From NCBI GenBank assembly GCA_964593255.1, contig CAZQGX010000011.1:99-64098 (forward strand): 64,000 nucleotides of DNA, read 5' to 3'. The notes beneath the pieces are model-generated. The model was given only the letters and a program-made list of their open reading frames with translations, made no database searches and was not told the DNA's origin. The translations under genes and the position numbers were made by a program. Every line of letters starts with the position of its first letter. Position 1 is the first letter of the stretch. The DNA comes from an uncultured Flavobacteriaceae bacterium. Its GTDB lineage: Bacteria > Bacteroidota > Bacteroidia > Flavobacteriales > Flavobacteriaceae. This document shows, in pieces, positions 47,715-57,596 of the stretch.

Positions 47715-49163
47715 TTATTCATATTCAATACAAACATTTTTTGGTTCGGTAAAAAAGTTTAGGGCTTCAAAACCACCCTCACGACCCACACCGCTGTTTT
47801 TAATACCACCAAAAGGTGTTCTTAAATCCCTGTTTAACCAAGTGTTAACCCATACAATTCCCGTTTCTATCTCTTGTGTCAATCGCATAGTTTGCGATAG
47901 GTCACTAGTCCATATGGTGGCACTCAGTCCATAATTAGAATCGTTTGCTAGTTGCAGTGCATGGGCTTCATCAGTAAATGGCATAATGGTAACCACTGGT
48001 CCAAAAATCTCTTCTTGATTTAATTGACAGTCATTGGTCTTTACTTCAATCACCGCAGGGGCGAGGTAATATCCGTTTTCATAACCTGTAATGGATATAC
48101 GGTGACCGCCTGTTAATACGGTATATTTTTCTGGTTCCGCTTTCGCAATAGCGATATATTCTTCAATCTTTTCTCTATGACCAGCACTTACAACAGCACC
48201 TATTACAGTATTTGCATTTTCTGGATGGCCTATAGCCAGTTGTTGCACACGATCGACAAAATCTTTTTTAAAACGTTCATAAATATTTTGTTCTATAAAA
48301 ATACGACTGCCACATAAACATATTTGACCTTGGTTGGCAAAAGAAGAGCGCACTGTGGTGTCCAGCATCTTATTATAATTACAACTAGCAAAGATCAAAT
48401 TGGGATTTTTACCGCCCAATTCTAACGAGAGTTTTTTAAACATTGGTGCTGCTGTTTTTGCAATATGGGCACCAGTAGCGGTACCACCTGTAAAACTAAT
48501 GGCTTTAATATCAGGATGCGCAACAATAGCCTGACCACAACTGGCGCCAGTGCCGTGCACGATATTTAACACCCCTGCAGGCAGCCCTGCTTTTTTTACT
48601 ATATCACCCAGCAAATATGCGGTAGCTGGCGTCACCTCACTAGGTTTTGCCACCACACAATTACCAGCAGCAATAGCAGGTGCGATTTTCCAGGTAAAAA
48701 GATATAAAGGTAAATTCCACGGTGATATACATCCCACCACACCTACAGGTTTACGCAAGGTAAGGTTAATGGAGTTTTTCCCTACACTTTCATGTGCTTT
48801 ACTGGCATATTGGGTAATAGCATGGCCATAAAATCTAAAGTTTGATGAAGATCGCGGTATATCTATAGACCGTGCTAGTGATACTGGTTTGCCATTGTCA
48901 CGCGATTCTGCAGCGGCAAGTGTTTCTAGTTGTTCTTCTATTAAATCTGCAATGCGCAGCATGATTTTAGATCGCTGTTCTACAGTGGTGCGCGACCAAG
49001 AGGGAAAAGCAGCACGCGCAGCTTTAAAAGCGCTTTCTACATCTTCTTCATTAGAATTTGGGATTTCTCCATAAACCTCGCCACTTGCAGGTTCATAATT
49101 GTCTAACCAAAACCCAGATAATGGTATATGTTCTTCATTATTAATAAAATTTTTTATGTCCAT
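47715..49163 (-). CDS. NAD(P)-dependent aldehyde dehydrogenase (semialdehyde dehydrogenase-like)
   Basis: ELGGKNP and FANQGQICLCGSR catalytic motifs, EEIFGPV. Confidence 0.85.
   Translation of the reverse strand: MDIKNFINNEEHIPLSGFWLDNYEPASGEVYGEIPNSNEEDVESAFKAARAAFPSWSRTTVEQRSKIMLRIADLIEEQLETLAAAESRDNGKPVSLARSIDIPRSSSNFRFYGHAITQYASKAHESVGKNSINLTLRKPVGVVGCISPWNLPLYLFTWKIAPAIAAGNCVVAKPSEVTPATAYLLGDIVKKAGLPAGVLNIVHGTGASCGQAIVAHPDIKAISFTGGTATGAHIAKTAAPMFKKLSLELGGKNPNLIFASCNYNKMLDTTVRSSFANQGQICLCGSRIFIEQNIYERFKKDFVDRVQQLAIGHPENANTVIGAVVSAGHREKIEEYIAIAKAEPEKYTVLTGGHRISITGYENGYYLAPAVIEVKTNDCQLNQEEIFGPVVTIMPFTDEAHALQLANDSNYGLSATIWTSDLSQTMRLTQEIETGIVWVNTWLNRDLRTPFGGIKNSGVGREGGFEALNFFTEPKNVCIEYE
48138..48153. 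repeat. Palindromic element, 14/16, inside the aldehyde dehydrogenase gene
   Basis: CGCTTTCGCAATAGCG, read as AIAKAE on the minus strand. Confidence 0.7.
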
Positions 49164-49308
49164 ATTTGTAGGGGATCTTTTTATTAGGTTGCTTTTTTAC
49201 CTCTATACTTATTCTTATTTATTTAGTTTGGCTTTTATCGCTTTACAATAAATAAAGTAACAATAGCATCAAAGGTACTAAAGAAATGTAAAAGGTTTGT
49301 GTTGATCT

Positions 49309-49324
49309 CGCTTTCGCGAAAGCG
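49309..49324. repeat. Palindromic element, exact
   Basis: TCTCGCTTTCGCGAAAGCGAGA, intergenic. Confidence 0.95.
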
Positions 49325-49445
49325 AGACAAAAAGAAGTTCATACCATTGCAGCACTTTATGAAAAAGAAACAAAGAGAGGTTCTTACCGTTGCGGAACGA
49401 TACGAAAGCGGTATCATTTTTAACTCTTAATTAAACTATGAACTT

Positions 49446-49453
49446 TATATTTG
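49446..49453 (+). promoter_or_regulatory. -7 box TATATTTG only 4 nt upstream of ATG 49458
   Basis: TAnnTTTG motif directly abutting the start codon. Confidence 0.35.
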
Positions 49454-49457
49454 CAGG

Positions 49458-49820
49458 ATGTTAACACCACTATCAGAACAAGAACTGCATCAACTGGCGA
49501 TGAATATCGTGGGTAAAGAGATGGAAGAGTTAGGATTTGAATTTTTAGCAATCAATTCTAAACCTAAAAAAGATCCGCAATTTGTAGCGTTAAAAGATAA
49601 ATTTCTACATTTTGTGGTTGTCCGTGCTGTTAAATATCCTACAAACCCTGTAGAGTATGACGAAAAATTATTGAACATTATGCGAGACCACGGTGCAAAA
49701 TACAAAGCAACTACCTATTATGCTGGGGTAGGTATTGCAAATTCTAGAGATTATGATATGCCTGTGCACCATGAAGATGATTATGTGGTAAATTTTGCCG
49801 GTCTTATTGAAATTAAATAA
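49458..49820 (+). CDS. Hypothetical protein
   Basis: 120-aa ORF with coding-like composition. No recognised family. Confidence 0.45.
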   Translation: MLTPLSEQELHQLAMNIVGKEMEELGFEFLAINSKPKKDPQFVALKDKFLHFVVVRAVKYPTNPVEYDEKLLNIMRDHGAKYKATTYYAGVGIANSRDYDMPVHHEDDYVVNFAGLIEIK

Positions 49821-49933
49821 ATGGGTTAGTAAACCTCAAGTACTAGTGTGAAAACTGTTGGTTTTTAAGGTTTGGTGCGTTTATCAGTTCAACCTACAAC
49901 AGTCGTAAGCATCACAACAAACAAACGTCTCTT

Positions 49934-50986
49934 ATGAAAAAATATATTATTGCAAGCCTATTTTCAATCGCCTTGCTATATTCTTGTAAAGAAAAAGAAG
50001 CAGAAGATACTACATTAAAAGCTCAAGAATTTGTAGGAAACGCCATTGGGACTACTTATTCTATCAAGCTTTTTTCTGATCAAGAACAGGATGTGACGAG
50101 ACAGGTTGATAGTATCATAGACATGTTTAACAATTCCATGAGCACCTGGGTACCAGGTTCTTTAATCAATAGAATTAATGCTGGTGAGGACAGTGTACTG
50201 GTAGGAATGCCTTTTAAAGAGGTTTTTAACCAGGCGCAACAGGTTTATAAAAACACCGATGGTTATTTTGACCCTACTGTGGGTAATTTAGTAAATGCTT
50301 ATGGTTTTGGCGCAAATGGTAAAAAAGAGCGCATTCCTACACCACAGCAAATAGATAGTTTAAAACAATTTGTTGGTTTTGATAAATTGCAGTTGGTTCC
50401 ATCTGCGATCAAGGATTCTTTCTATATAAAAGCTACTCAAAAAGGAATGTATCTAGAGTTTAACGCTATTGCAAAAGGTACTTTGGTAGATTATATGTCT
50501 AGATTATTAGATGGTAAAAATATTGATAACTATCTGGTAGAGGTAGGCGGCGAGATCGTTACTAAAGGGATCAACCTAGAACGCGATAGTAAGTGGGCAG
50601 TAGGAATAGACGATCCTAACCAGCTACCAGGCGAGCGCGTTTATATTACCGTGGTAGAATTATCTAATGTTGCCATGGCAGGAAGTGGTAACTACCGCAA
50701 GTTTAAAGTTGATCCAGAAAGTGGGCAAGAATTTGTTCATACTGTTAATCCTTTAACAGGCCAGGCGATACCTAGCGAGGTGCTGGGCGTTAATGTAATC
50801 GCAAAAAACTGCACCCTAGCCGATGGATATGCCACAGCTTTTATGGCCATGCCTTTAGAAAAGTCAAAAGAGCTGATTAAAAATCTTAAAGATATAGAGG
50901 TGCTGATCATGTACACCGATAAAAATGGCTTGTTGCGATTTGAGACAACACCAGGTTTTGAAAAATATGTAAAACAGGCAGGTTAA
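49934..50986 (+). CDS. apbE: FAD:protein FMN transferase (ApbE), lipoprotein
   Basis: Lipobox LLYSC. GTTYSIK, FDPTVG, AMAGSGNYRKF and ADGYATA motifs. Confidence 0.85.
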   Translation: MKKYIIASLFSIALLYSCKEKEAEDTTLKAQEFVGNAIGTTYSIKLFSDQEQDVTRQVDSIIDMFNNSMSTWVPGSLINRINAGEDSVLVGMPFKEVFNQAQQVYKNTDGYFDPTVGNLVNAYGFGANGKKERIPTPQQIDSLKQFVGFDKLQLVPSAIKDSFYIKATQKGMYLEFNAIAKGTLVDYMSRLLDGKNIDNYLVEVGGEIVTKGINLERDSKWAVGIDDPNQLPGERVYITVVELSNVAMAGSGNYRKFKVDPESGQEFVHTVNPLTGQAIPSEVLGVNVIAKNCTLADGYATAFMAMPLEKSKELIKNLKDIEVLIMYTDKNGLLRFETTPGFEKYVKQAG

Positions 50987-51753
50987 TTTTTTGTCACCAC
51001 AGGGATGAGTTCGCCAGCAGCGAGGCGATAACGATCTACTAATTTGGGATCTAGTTGCGCAGTATAATCAACAGCTTGCACACTAAACCCCACTTCTTTT
51101 AAACGTGTAAAATAGTCCATTCCATAAACACGCACGTGATCATATTGTCCAAAAATGCGTGCCCTTTCTTTGCGGTCGGTGATAGAATGATCTTCAAAAG
51201 TTGTTGTCCTGTTGTTTTCTAAAGGTATTTGTAAAATGGCCCTGCCGCCTGGTTTTAAGACTCTGTGTATCTCCTGCATGGCTTTAAAATCATCATCAAT
51301 ATGTTCAAGTACATGATTGCATAAAATAAAATCAAATTCATTATCCTTAAAAGGCAGGTTGCAAATATCTGCAAGAACATCTGCTAGTGGCGAGTTTAGA
51401 TCTGTGGTGGTGTATTGAATGATCTCGCTATTGCGAAAACGTTTATAAAAACATTGTTCAGGGGCAAAATGTAATAATTTTTGAGGTTGTGTGAGTAAAT
51501 CGGTTTCATTTTGTAAATACAGCCAAAGCAGGCGGTGGCGTTCTAAAGAAAGTGTTGACGGCGACAGCACATTGCCCCGCACATTTTCATAACCATAGGG
51601 TAAAAAACTTTTAAAAGTCTTCCCGTCTATTGGGTCTTCATAACGATTTCCTTTATACCACCATGCGATCAATGGGCGCACATAATAGCTCGCTTTAATC
51701 AACCATGGCCGCGGTATCAGATTTAGAAAAAATTTAAAGACTTTTTTAAGCAA
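50983..51753 (-). CDS. Class I SAM-dependent methyltransferase
   Basis: FDFILCNHVLEHI....LKPGGRAILQ. Confidence 0.7.
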   Translation of the reverse strand: MLKKVFKFFLNLIPRPWLIKASYYVRPLIAWWYKGNRYEDPIDGKTFKSFLPYGYENVRGNVLSPSTLSLERHRLLWLYLQNETDLLTQPQKLLHFAPEQCFYKRFRNSEIIQYTTTDLNSPLADVLADICNLPFKDNEFDFILCNHVLEHIDDDFKAMQEIHRVLKPGGRAILQIPLENNRTTTFEDHSITDRKERARIFGQYDHVRVYGMDYFTRLKEVGFSVQAVDYTAQLDPKLVDRYRLAAGELIPVVTKN

Positions 51754-51786
51754 GGCAAAAGAGTTGTAGTATGTGTATAAAAATTC

Positions 51787-52599
51787 TTAATTGGTTTTCC
51801 AGCGATAGGGATCTTCTTCATTACTGGTAATTCCCAGCACATCGTAAATGTAATCAAAGGTGCTCAATAAGCGAGGTTCACCATCTACTATCGCAACATC
51901 ATGTTCAAAATGTGCACTAGGTTTATTATCTTTAGTAGTTATTGTCCATCCATCTTTATGATGTTTTATGTTTTTACTACCTAGATTGATCATGGGTTCT
52001 ATGGCCACGGTCATGCCTTCTACAAATTTCTTACCTCGACCGCGTTTGCCATAATTAGGCATTTGTGGATCTTCATGCATCACCCTGCCCAGTCCATGTC
52101 CTACCAGCTCGCGCACCACGCCATATCCAAATGATTCGCAATAATCTTGTATGGCATATCCCACATCGCCCACGCGTTTACCGGTTCTAAATTGATCAAT
52201 ACCTATGTATAAAGATTTTTTGGTTCTTTCTAAAAGGTCTAGTGTTTGTTGTGGCACTTCTCCCACAGTAAAAGTATAAGCGTGGTCTCCATAAAAACCA
52301 TCTACTATCGCACCGCAATCTATAGAAAGTACGTCTCCTTCTTTAATGGCAACCTCTTTGGGAATTCCATGAACTACTTCTTCATTAGGCGAGATCAACA
52401 GTGTGCTAGGGCAGTCATAAAGCCCTTTAAATCCGGGTATAGCGCCATGGTCTCTTATAAATTGCTCGGCTAGGGTGTCTAGTCGCAGGGTGGTAACACC
52501 TGGTTGGATCTCGGCAGCGATCATACCTAGTGTTTTACTTACCATTAATGCTGCTCTACGCATTATTTCTAACTCTTCCTTACTCTTTGTTACAATCAT
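51787..52599 (-). CDS. map: Type I methionine aminopeptidase
   Basis: Metal ligands in DVLSIDCGA..DGFYGD, GHGLG and VAIEPM contexts. Confidence 0.95.
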   Translation of the reverse strand: MIVTKSKEELEIMRRAALMVSKTLGMIAAEIQPGVTTLRLDTLAEQFIRDHGAIPGFKGLYDCPSTLLISPNEEVVHGIPKEVAIKEGDVLSIDCGAIVDGFYGDHAYTFTVGEVPQQTLDLLERTKKSLYIGIDQFRTGKRVGDVGYAIQDYCESFGYGVVRELVGHGLGRVMHEDPQMPNYGKRGRGKKFVEGMTVAIEPMINLGSKNIKHHKDGWTITTKDNKPSAHFEHDVAIVDGEPRLLSTFDYIYDVLGITSNEEDPYRWKTN

Positions 52600-52776
52600 A
52601 TTTTTTATAAAGCGGCAAAGGTAAACATTCCATCATTATTTGCGATGCCCATTACCAGGTTGCAAGCGATGTGCATGCTTTATTAATATTTGAAATTAGG
52701 TTTACAGTTTCCTTGTGTTGTGCAGCACTAAAATTAATTCTGTACCATAGAAATATCATTTCCCTTCTATTTTGAT

Positions 52777-52784
52777 TAAATTTG
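52777..52784 (+). promoter_or_regulatory. -7 box TAAATTTG 4 nt upstream of ATG 52789
   Basis: TAnnTTTG motif abutting the start codon. Confidence 0.35.
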
Positions 52785-52788
52785 TGAT

Positions 52789-53574
52789 ATGATAATAGAT
52801 TTAAAAGACAAAACTGCTTTAGTTTGTGGCAGCAGTACAGGAATAGGAAGAGAAACCGCTATGCAGTTTGCACAGGCAGGTGCTCGAGTAATTTTATTGG
52901 CCCGCAATCCTAATAAATTACAAGAGGTTTTAAAAGAGCTTGACACCAGTCACCGTGATGACCATACCTATCTAGTGGCAGATTTCTCAAATTATAAAGA
53001 GGTAAGTGATGTGGTTTCCGCTTTCGCGAAAGCGAATACCATACACATTATAGTCAACAACACAGGTGGTCCTGCCCCAGGATTGCTACTAGATGCAGAA
53101 GTAGACGCTTTTGAACAAGCTTTTACCCAGCATGTAAAATGTAATCAGGTAATATTGCAAGCCTGTGCGCCAGGCATGAAAGAGGCGGGTTATGGCCGGG
53201 TAATCAACGTGATTTCTACAAGCGTTAAAGCACCTATAGAGTTTTTGGGTGTTTCTAATGTGACACGTGGTGCGGTGGCCAGTTGGGCAAAAACCTTGGC
53301 AACAGAGTTAGGGTCATTTGGCATAACTGTAAACAACGTGCTACCAGGTTTTACTGCAACCGATAGACTAGATAAAATCATAACTGGTAAAGCAAAAAGA
53401 GCCGGACAAACTGATGACGATGCTGCTGCGGTGATGAAAAGCCACGTGCCTGCAAGGAGGTTTGCCACACCAGACGAGGTGGCAAATGCCATTACATTTT
53501 TGGCTAGCGATAAAGCAAGTTATATTAACGGCATCAATTTACCTGTAGATGGCGGTAGAACAAAAAGTTTGTAG
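52789..53574 (+). CDS. SDR-family oxidoreductase
   Basis: VCGSSTGIGR cofactor motif and NNTGG. Short-chain dehydrogenase length and layout. Confidence 0.85.
   Translation: MIIDLKDKTALVCGSSTGIGRETAMQFAQAGARVILLARNPNKLQEVLKELDTSHRDDHTYLVADFSNYKEVSDVVSAFAKANTIHIIVNNTGGPAPGLLLDAEVDAFEQAFTQHVKCNQVILQACAPGMKEAGYGRVINVISTSVKAPIEFLGVSNVTRGAVASWAKTLATELGSFGITVNNVLPGFTATDRLDKIITGKAKRAGQTDDDAAAVMKSHVPARRFATPDEVANAITFLASDKASYINGINLPVDGGRTKSL
53019..53034. repeat. Palindromic element, exact, inside the SDR gene
   Basis: Exact 16-mer, read as SAFAKAN. Confidence 0.95.
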
Positions 53575-53716
53575 TCCTCAACAAACTTTTGAGTCATCAA
53601 TTTTAAAACTTTGTCTGTGGTTAATGTGCTTAAAAAAAGCAAACCAAAGGATATGTAAATGATAAACTAAACCATTACATCATTGTACCTATTTTAGGTG
53701 CTAGAAACTCTAAAAT

Positions 53717-54799
53717 ATGAAAAAAAAACTACGCATTAACGGGCATTCACATTTACTTCCTTACCCAGAGCAAATTCCCGATTTCATGAGGGAAAAGGGT
53801 ATTTTTTGGGTAGATCCAGAACGTAAAAATATGCTGCAAAAGGACTGGTCTAGACCTGTTACCGACTCTAGTTTTTTTCTCAATGAAAAGTTAGAATGGA
53901 TGGAAAAGTTTAAAATAGACCATGCGGTAATTTTAAATTTAAGCCAGTTATATGGTAACGGCTTGCGACTAGAAGAAATGAAACAAGCCTTGCGTTTTCA
54001 AAATGATTTTAATGCCAAGGTACAGCATGACCATCCGTCAAAATTTACCGCAGGTTTTGTAGTGCATCCTGGTTATGTGCGTGGGGCATTATGGGAGATA
54101 GAGCGATGTGTAAAGGTGCTAGGAATGAAACTGCTTTGTTTGCCCACACATTATATGGATACCATAGGGCAGTGGCGTTGTATTTTTGATGAAGAAAACG
54201 AACCCATATTTGAACTAGCTAGCGAGCTAAATCTCGCCATAGAAATCCATCCTTATGATGGTGAGAAATTTATAAAGTTGCAAAACACCTCGTGGCGTTT
54301 TCACTTAATATGGATGCTGGCACAATGTGCAGATGCTTATCACTTTTTAACCTTAAACGGCTATGCATTTAAATATCCCGGTATGCGGGTTTGTTTTGCA
54401 CATGGTGGGCAACTGGCACAAATGAATTTAGGTCGTAGAATTCAAGGTTTTGACGGGAGACCAGATTTATTTGAAGGAAAAACACACCCCAGAAAATCTG
54501 TTGGGCATCCTAACATATTTTTTGATACCCTGGTGCATGATACAGGTTCCTTAAAACTATTAGTAAAAAATCAAGGGGTCAAACAAGTGCTTGTGGGACT
54601 AGACGATCCATATCCACTAGGAGAGATGGACAGTGAAAAACAAAGTAGTTATCCAGGTAAAATAATAGATCTTGCTATTGAAGAAGATGTAGTTACCGCA
54701 AATCAGGCAGTCGATATGTGGGACGAGCATGTGGTGCGATGGCTTTTTGGAGACGACCAGGCTGCAAAAACGGCTTTTTATGAACGTGTATGCAAATAG
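53717..54799 (+). CDS. Amidohydrolase-2 family protein (ACMSD-like decarboxylase/hydrolase)
   Basis: INGHSHLLP metal-binding start, FAHGG, and D near GLDDPYP. Confidence 0.7.
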   Translation: MKKKLRINGHSHLLPYPEQIPDFMREKGIFWVDPERKNMLQKDWSRPVTDSSFFLNEKLEWMEKFKIDHAVILNLSQLYGNGLRLEEMKQALRFQNDFNAKVQHDHPSKFTAGFVVHPGYVRGALWEIERCVKVLGMKLLCLPTHYMDTIGQWRCIFDEENEPIFELASELNLAIEIHPYDGEKFIKLQNTSWRFHLIWMLAQCADAYHFLTLNGYAFKYPGMRVCFAHGGQLAQMNLGRRIQGFDGRPDLFEGKTHPRKSVGHPNIFFDTLVHDTGSLKLLVKNQGVKQVLVGLDDPYPLGEMDSEKQSSYPGKIIDLAIEEDVVTANQAVDMWDEHVVRWLFGDDQAAKTAFYERVCK

Positions 54800-54910
54800 A
54801 GGTTTTAAAAATTTTATGGTTTAAAAAGTATGTTTTTAAAGTTTAATAATGCAACTGCAGTTATTACAGTAGATTAAGAGATATTTTTAATACATAGCCT
54901 TGTAAAATCC

Positions 54911-54918
54911 TATTTTTG
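54911..54918 (+). promoter_or_regulatory. -7 box TATTTTTG
   Basis: TAnnTTTG motif, 18 nt upstream of ATG 54936. Confidence 0.4.
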
Positions 54919-54935
54919 TAAATTAAATATTATAA

Positions 54936-55952
54936 ATGGATTACGTAGAAAATATATTGGGTACAATTGGAAATACGCCGCTTGTTAAAATAAACAAGTT
55001 AGTAGAGGATATTCCTGCACTAATACTCGCAAAATATGAAACTTTTAACCCAGGAAATTCTGTTAAAGACAGAATGGGACTAATGATGATAGAGGATGCC
55101 GAGGCAGATGGTAGATTAAAACCCGGTGGTACCATTATAGAGGGGACAAGTGGCAACACAGGAATGGGTCTAGCGCTTGCAGCAATCATTAAAGGCTATA
55201 AATTGATATGTGTGTTAAGTGATAAGCAGTCTAAAGAAAAGATGGATATCCTTAAAGCTGTTGGAGCTCAAGTTTATGTGTGTCCTACAGATGTAGCACC
55301 CGATGACCCGCAGTCTTATTATTCTACAAGTAAAAGATTGAGTGAAGAGATACCTAATTCATGGTATGTAAACCAGTACGATAATCCATCAAACTGTAGA
55401 GCACATTATGAAAGTACTGGTCCAGAAATATGGAAACAAACTAAAGGTAAAATAACCCATTTTGTTGTAGGTGTAGGAACTGGTGGTACCATATCGGGCG
55501 TGGGGACTTATTTAAAATTACAAAATCCAGATATTAAAATTTGGGGAATAGATACTTATGGATCGGTATTTAAAAAGTATCACGAGACTGGTGTTTTTGA
55601 TAAAAACGAAATCTATTCTTATGTTACTGAGGGGATAGGTGAGGATATTTTACCTTTAAACGTGCGTTTTGAGGTAATCGACGGTTTTACTAAAGTTACC
55701 GATAGAGACGCAGCCGTTTATACCCGCAGACTTGCAAAAGAAGAAGGAATGTTTTTAGGAAACAGCGCGGGTGCTGCTATTAAAGGACTAAAACAAATTC
55801 ATAAAGAAGTAGGTTTTAAAAAGGACGATGTGGTAGTTGTCCTTTTCCATGACCACGGCAGCCGTTATGTAGGTAAATTTTTCAACGACGACTGGATGAA
55901 GGAGAAAAAGTACTTAAAAAAAGATGGTACTTATTTTGACGACGAGAAATAG
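54936..55952 (+). CDS. PLP-dependent cysteine synthase / cystathionine beta-synthase-family enzyme
   Basis: NPGNSVKDR lysine motif, GTSGNTG, GVGTGGTISG. Confidence 0.85.
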   Translation: MDYVENILGTIGNTPLVKINKLVEDIPALILAKYETFNPGNSVKDRMGLMMIEDAEADGRLKPGGTIIEGTSGNTGMGLALAAIIKGYKLICVLSDKQSKEKMDILKAVGAQVYVCPTDVAPDDPQSYYSTSKRLSEEIPNSWYVNQYDNPSNCRAHYESTGPEIWKQTKGKITHFVVGVGTGGTISGVGTYLKLQNPDIKIWGIDTYGSVFKKYHETGVFDKNEIYSYVTEGIGEDILPLNVRFEVIDGFTKVTDRDAAVYTRRLAKEEGMFLGNSAGAAIKGLKQIHKEVGFKKDDVVVVLFHDHGSRYVGKFFNDDWMKEKKYLKKDGTYFDDEK

Positions 55953-56021
55953 TCTAAAACAGTGAACAGTTATAAACATGAGCTTTGCAAGGGGTATTAC
56001 ATTAATATCTATCTTTAGACC

Positions 56022-57299
56022 ATGAAAGAAGATTTTATTCACTACCTCTGGAAATTTAAAAAGTTGAGCGGTATTGCCCTGAAAACAACTGAGGGTAAAG
56101 AAATACTTATCAAATCTTTAGGTGAGCACAATCATTTTTCTGGCCCTGATTTTTTTAATAGTCGAGTAGAGATTGATGGTCAAGATTGGGCAGGAAATAT
56201 AGAAATGCATGTCAAAGCAAGTGATTGGTACCTGCATGGGCATGATGACGATCCAGCATACGACAATGTTATTCTTCATGTAGTATGGTCACATGATGCC
56301 GAAATCACTAGAAGGGACGACATAAATATCCCGGTTTTAGAAGTGTCACAGTACATAAATCCCGGTTTGGTTCAATCTTATAGAAAATTATTTGCTGTAA
56401 AAAACGGTCAGTTTATAAATTGCCAAAGCCAGTTTTCAAGTATAGATTCCTTTAAAAGAGACCATTGGTTAGAAAAGCTGTTTTTTGAGCGATTAGAATA
56501 TAAATCTGATCGCATAAGACACATGCTTCAACAAAATAACAACGATTGGGAAGCTGCTTTTTTTCAACTTCTTGCAAGAAGCTTTGGCACAAAAACAAAC
56601 GCCGACGCCTTTGAACAGCTTGCCAGTAGTATGAATCAACATGTGGTGCGCAAACTAGCAAAAGACGCTTTTCAGTTAGAGGCCGCTTTATTAGGTCAGT
56701 CGGGATTGCTGGATGAGGTTAAAAATGATGCTTATTATCAAGATTTAGTTAAGGAGTTCGCTTTTGCGAAAGCCAAACATCAATTACAACCTTGCCTAAC
56801 ACCTATGTTATTTTTTAAATTACGACCTGCAAATTATCCTACAGTGCGTCTTTCACAATTAGCGATGTTATACCATCGTAATCCTATGCTTTTTGGAGAA
56901 GTATTGCTTGCCAAATCACGCCTAGAAATACAAAAACTTTTTGACGTACAAGCTGCAAAATATTGGAATACCCACCATGTTTTTGATAAAGAAACTGAAG
57001 AAAGAGAAAAAATACTGACAACAGATTTCATTGACTTGCTAATTATTAATTGCATCATCCCTATAAAATTTATACATGCAAAGTATCTGGGAAAAGATAA
57101 AACAGAAGAATTGTTAGACCTGATTACTGAAATAAAGCCCGAGAAAAATTCCATCATAACAGGGTTTAAAAAACTTTTTAAGATAGAAAACGCCATGCAA
57201 ACTCAATCTTTACTGCAGTTAAAACCCAATTATTGCGATGTCAACAAATGTTTAAGCTGCGATATAGGGGTGGCATTGTTACGGGATGAAATTAATTAA
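56022..57299 (+). CDS. DUF2851-family protein
   Basis: The MKEDFIHYLWKFKK start and 425-aa length match the family as I recall it. Confidence 0.6.
   Translation: MKEDFIHYLWKFKKLSGIALKTTEGKEILIKSLGEHNHFSGPDFFNSRVEIDGQDWAGNIEMHVKASDWYLHGHDDDPAYDNVILHVVWSHDAEITRRDDINIPVLEVSQYINPGLVQSYRKLFAVKNGQFINCQSQFSSIDSFKRDHWLEKLFFERLEYKSDRIRHMLQQNNNDWEAAFFQLLARSFGTKTNADAFEQLASSMNQHVVRKLAKDAFQLEAALLGQSGLLDEVKNDAYYQDLVKEFAFAKAKHQLQPCLTPMLFFKLRPANYPTVRLSQLAMLYHRNPMLFGEVLLAKSRLEIQKLFDVQAAKYWNTHHVFDKETEEREKILTTDFIDLLIINCIIPIKFIHAKYLGKDKTEELLDLITEIKPEKNSIITGFKKLFKIENAMQTQSLLQLKPNYCDVNKCLSCDIGVALLRDEIN
56759..56774. repeat. Palindromic element, 14/16, inside the DUF2851 gene
   Basis: CGCTTTTGCGAAAGCC, read as FAFAKAK. 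Confidence 0.7.
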
Positions 57300-57356
57300 T
57301 ATTCAATTATCAAATTTTTGAAAACGATTATTATCTTTAATCATTAATTTTACCAC

Positions 57357-57584
57357 ATGGGAATAGTTACCTATTTACGCACATTAATGGAAAAATACGG
57401 CTTTTATGTATCCACTCGTGTTGCCGAAAAATTGGGAATAAAAGCAAGAAGCGTGCGTATTACCTTTATCTACTTTACATTTGCCACGCTAGGAGCAGGC
57501 TTTGCCGTTTATTTAATTATGGCGTTTTGGATAAAAATCAAAGATCTGATTTATACAAAACGCAGTTCTGTTTTTGACCTTTAA
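57357..57584 (+). CDS. PspC-domain membrane protein
   Basis: VAEKLGIKARSVRITFIYFTFATLGAGFAVYLIMAFW. Confidence 0.6.
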   Translation: MGIVTYLRTLMEKYGFYVSTRVAEKLGIKARSVRITFIYFTFATLGAGFAVYLIMAFWIKIKDLIYTKRSSVFDL

Positions 57585-57596
57585 AATAATATAATT

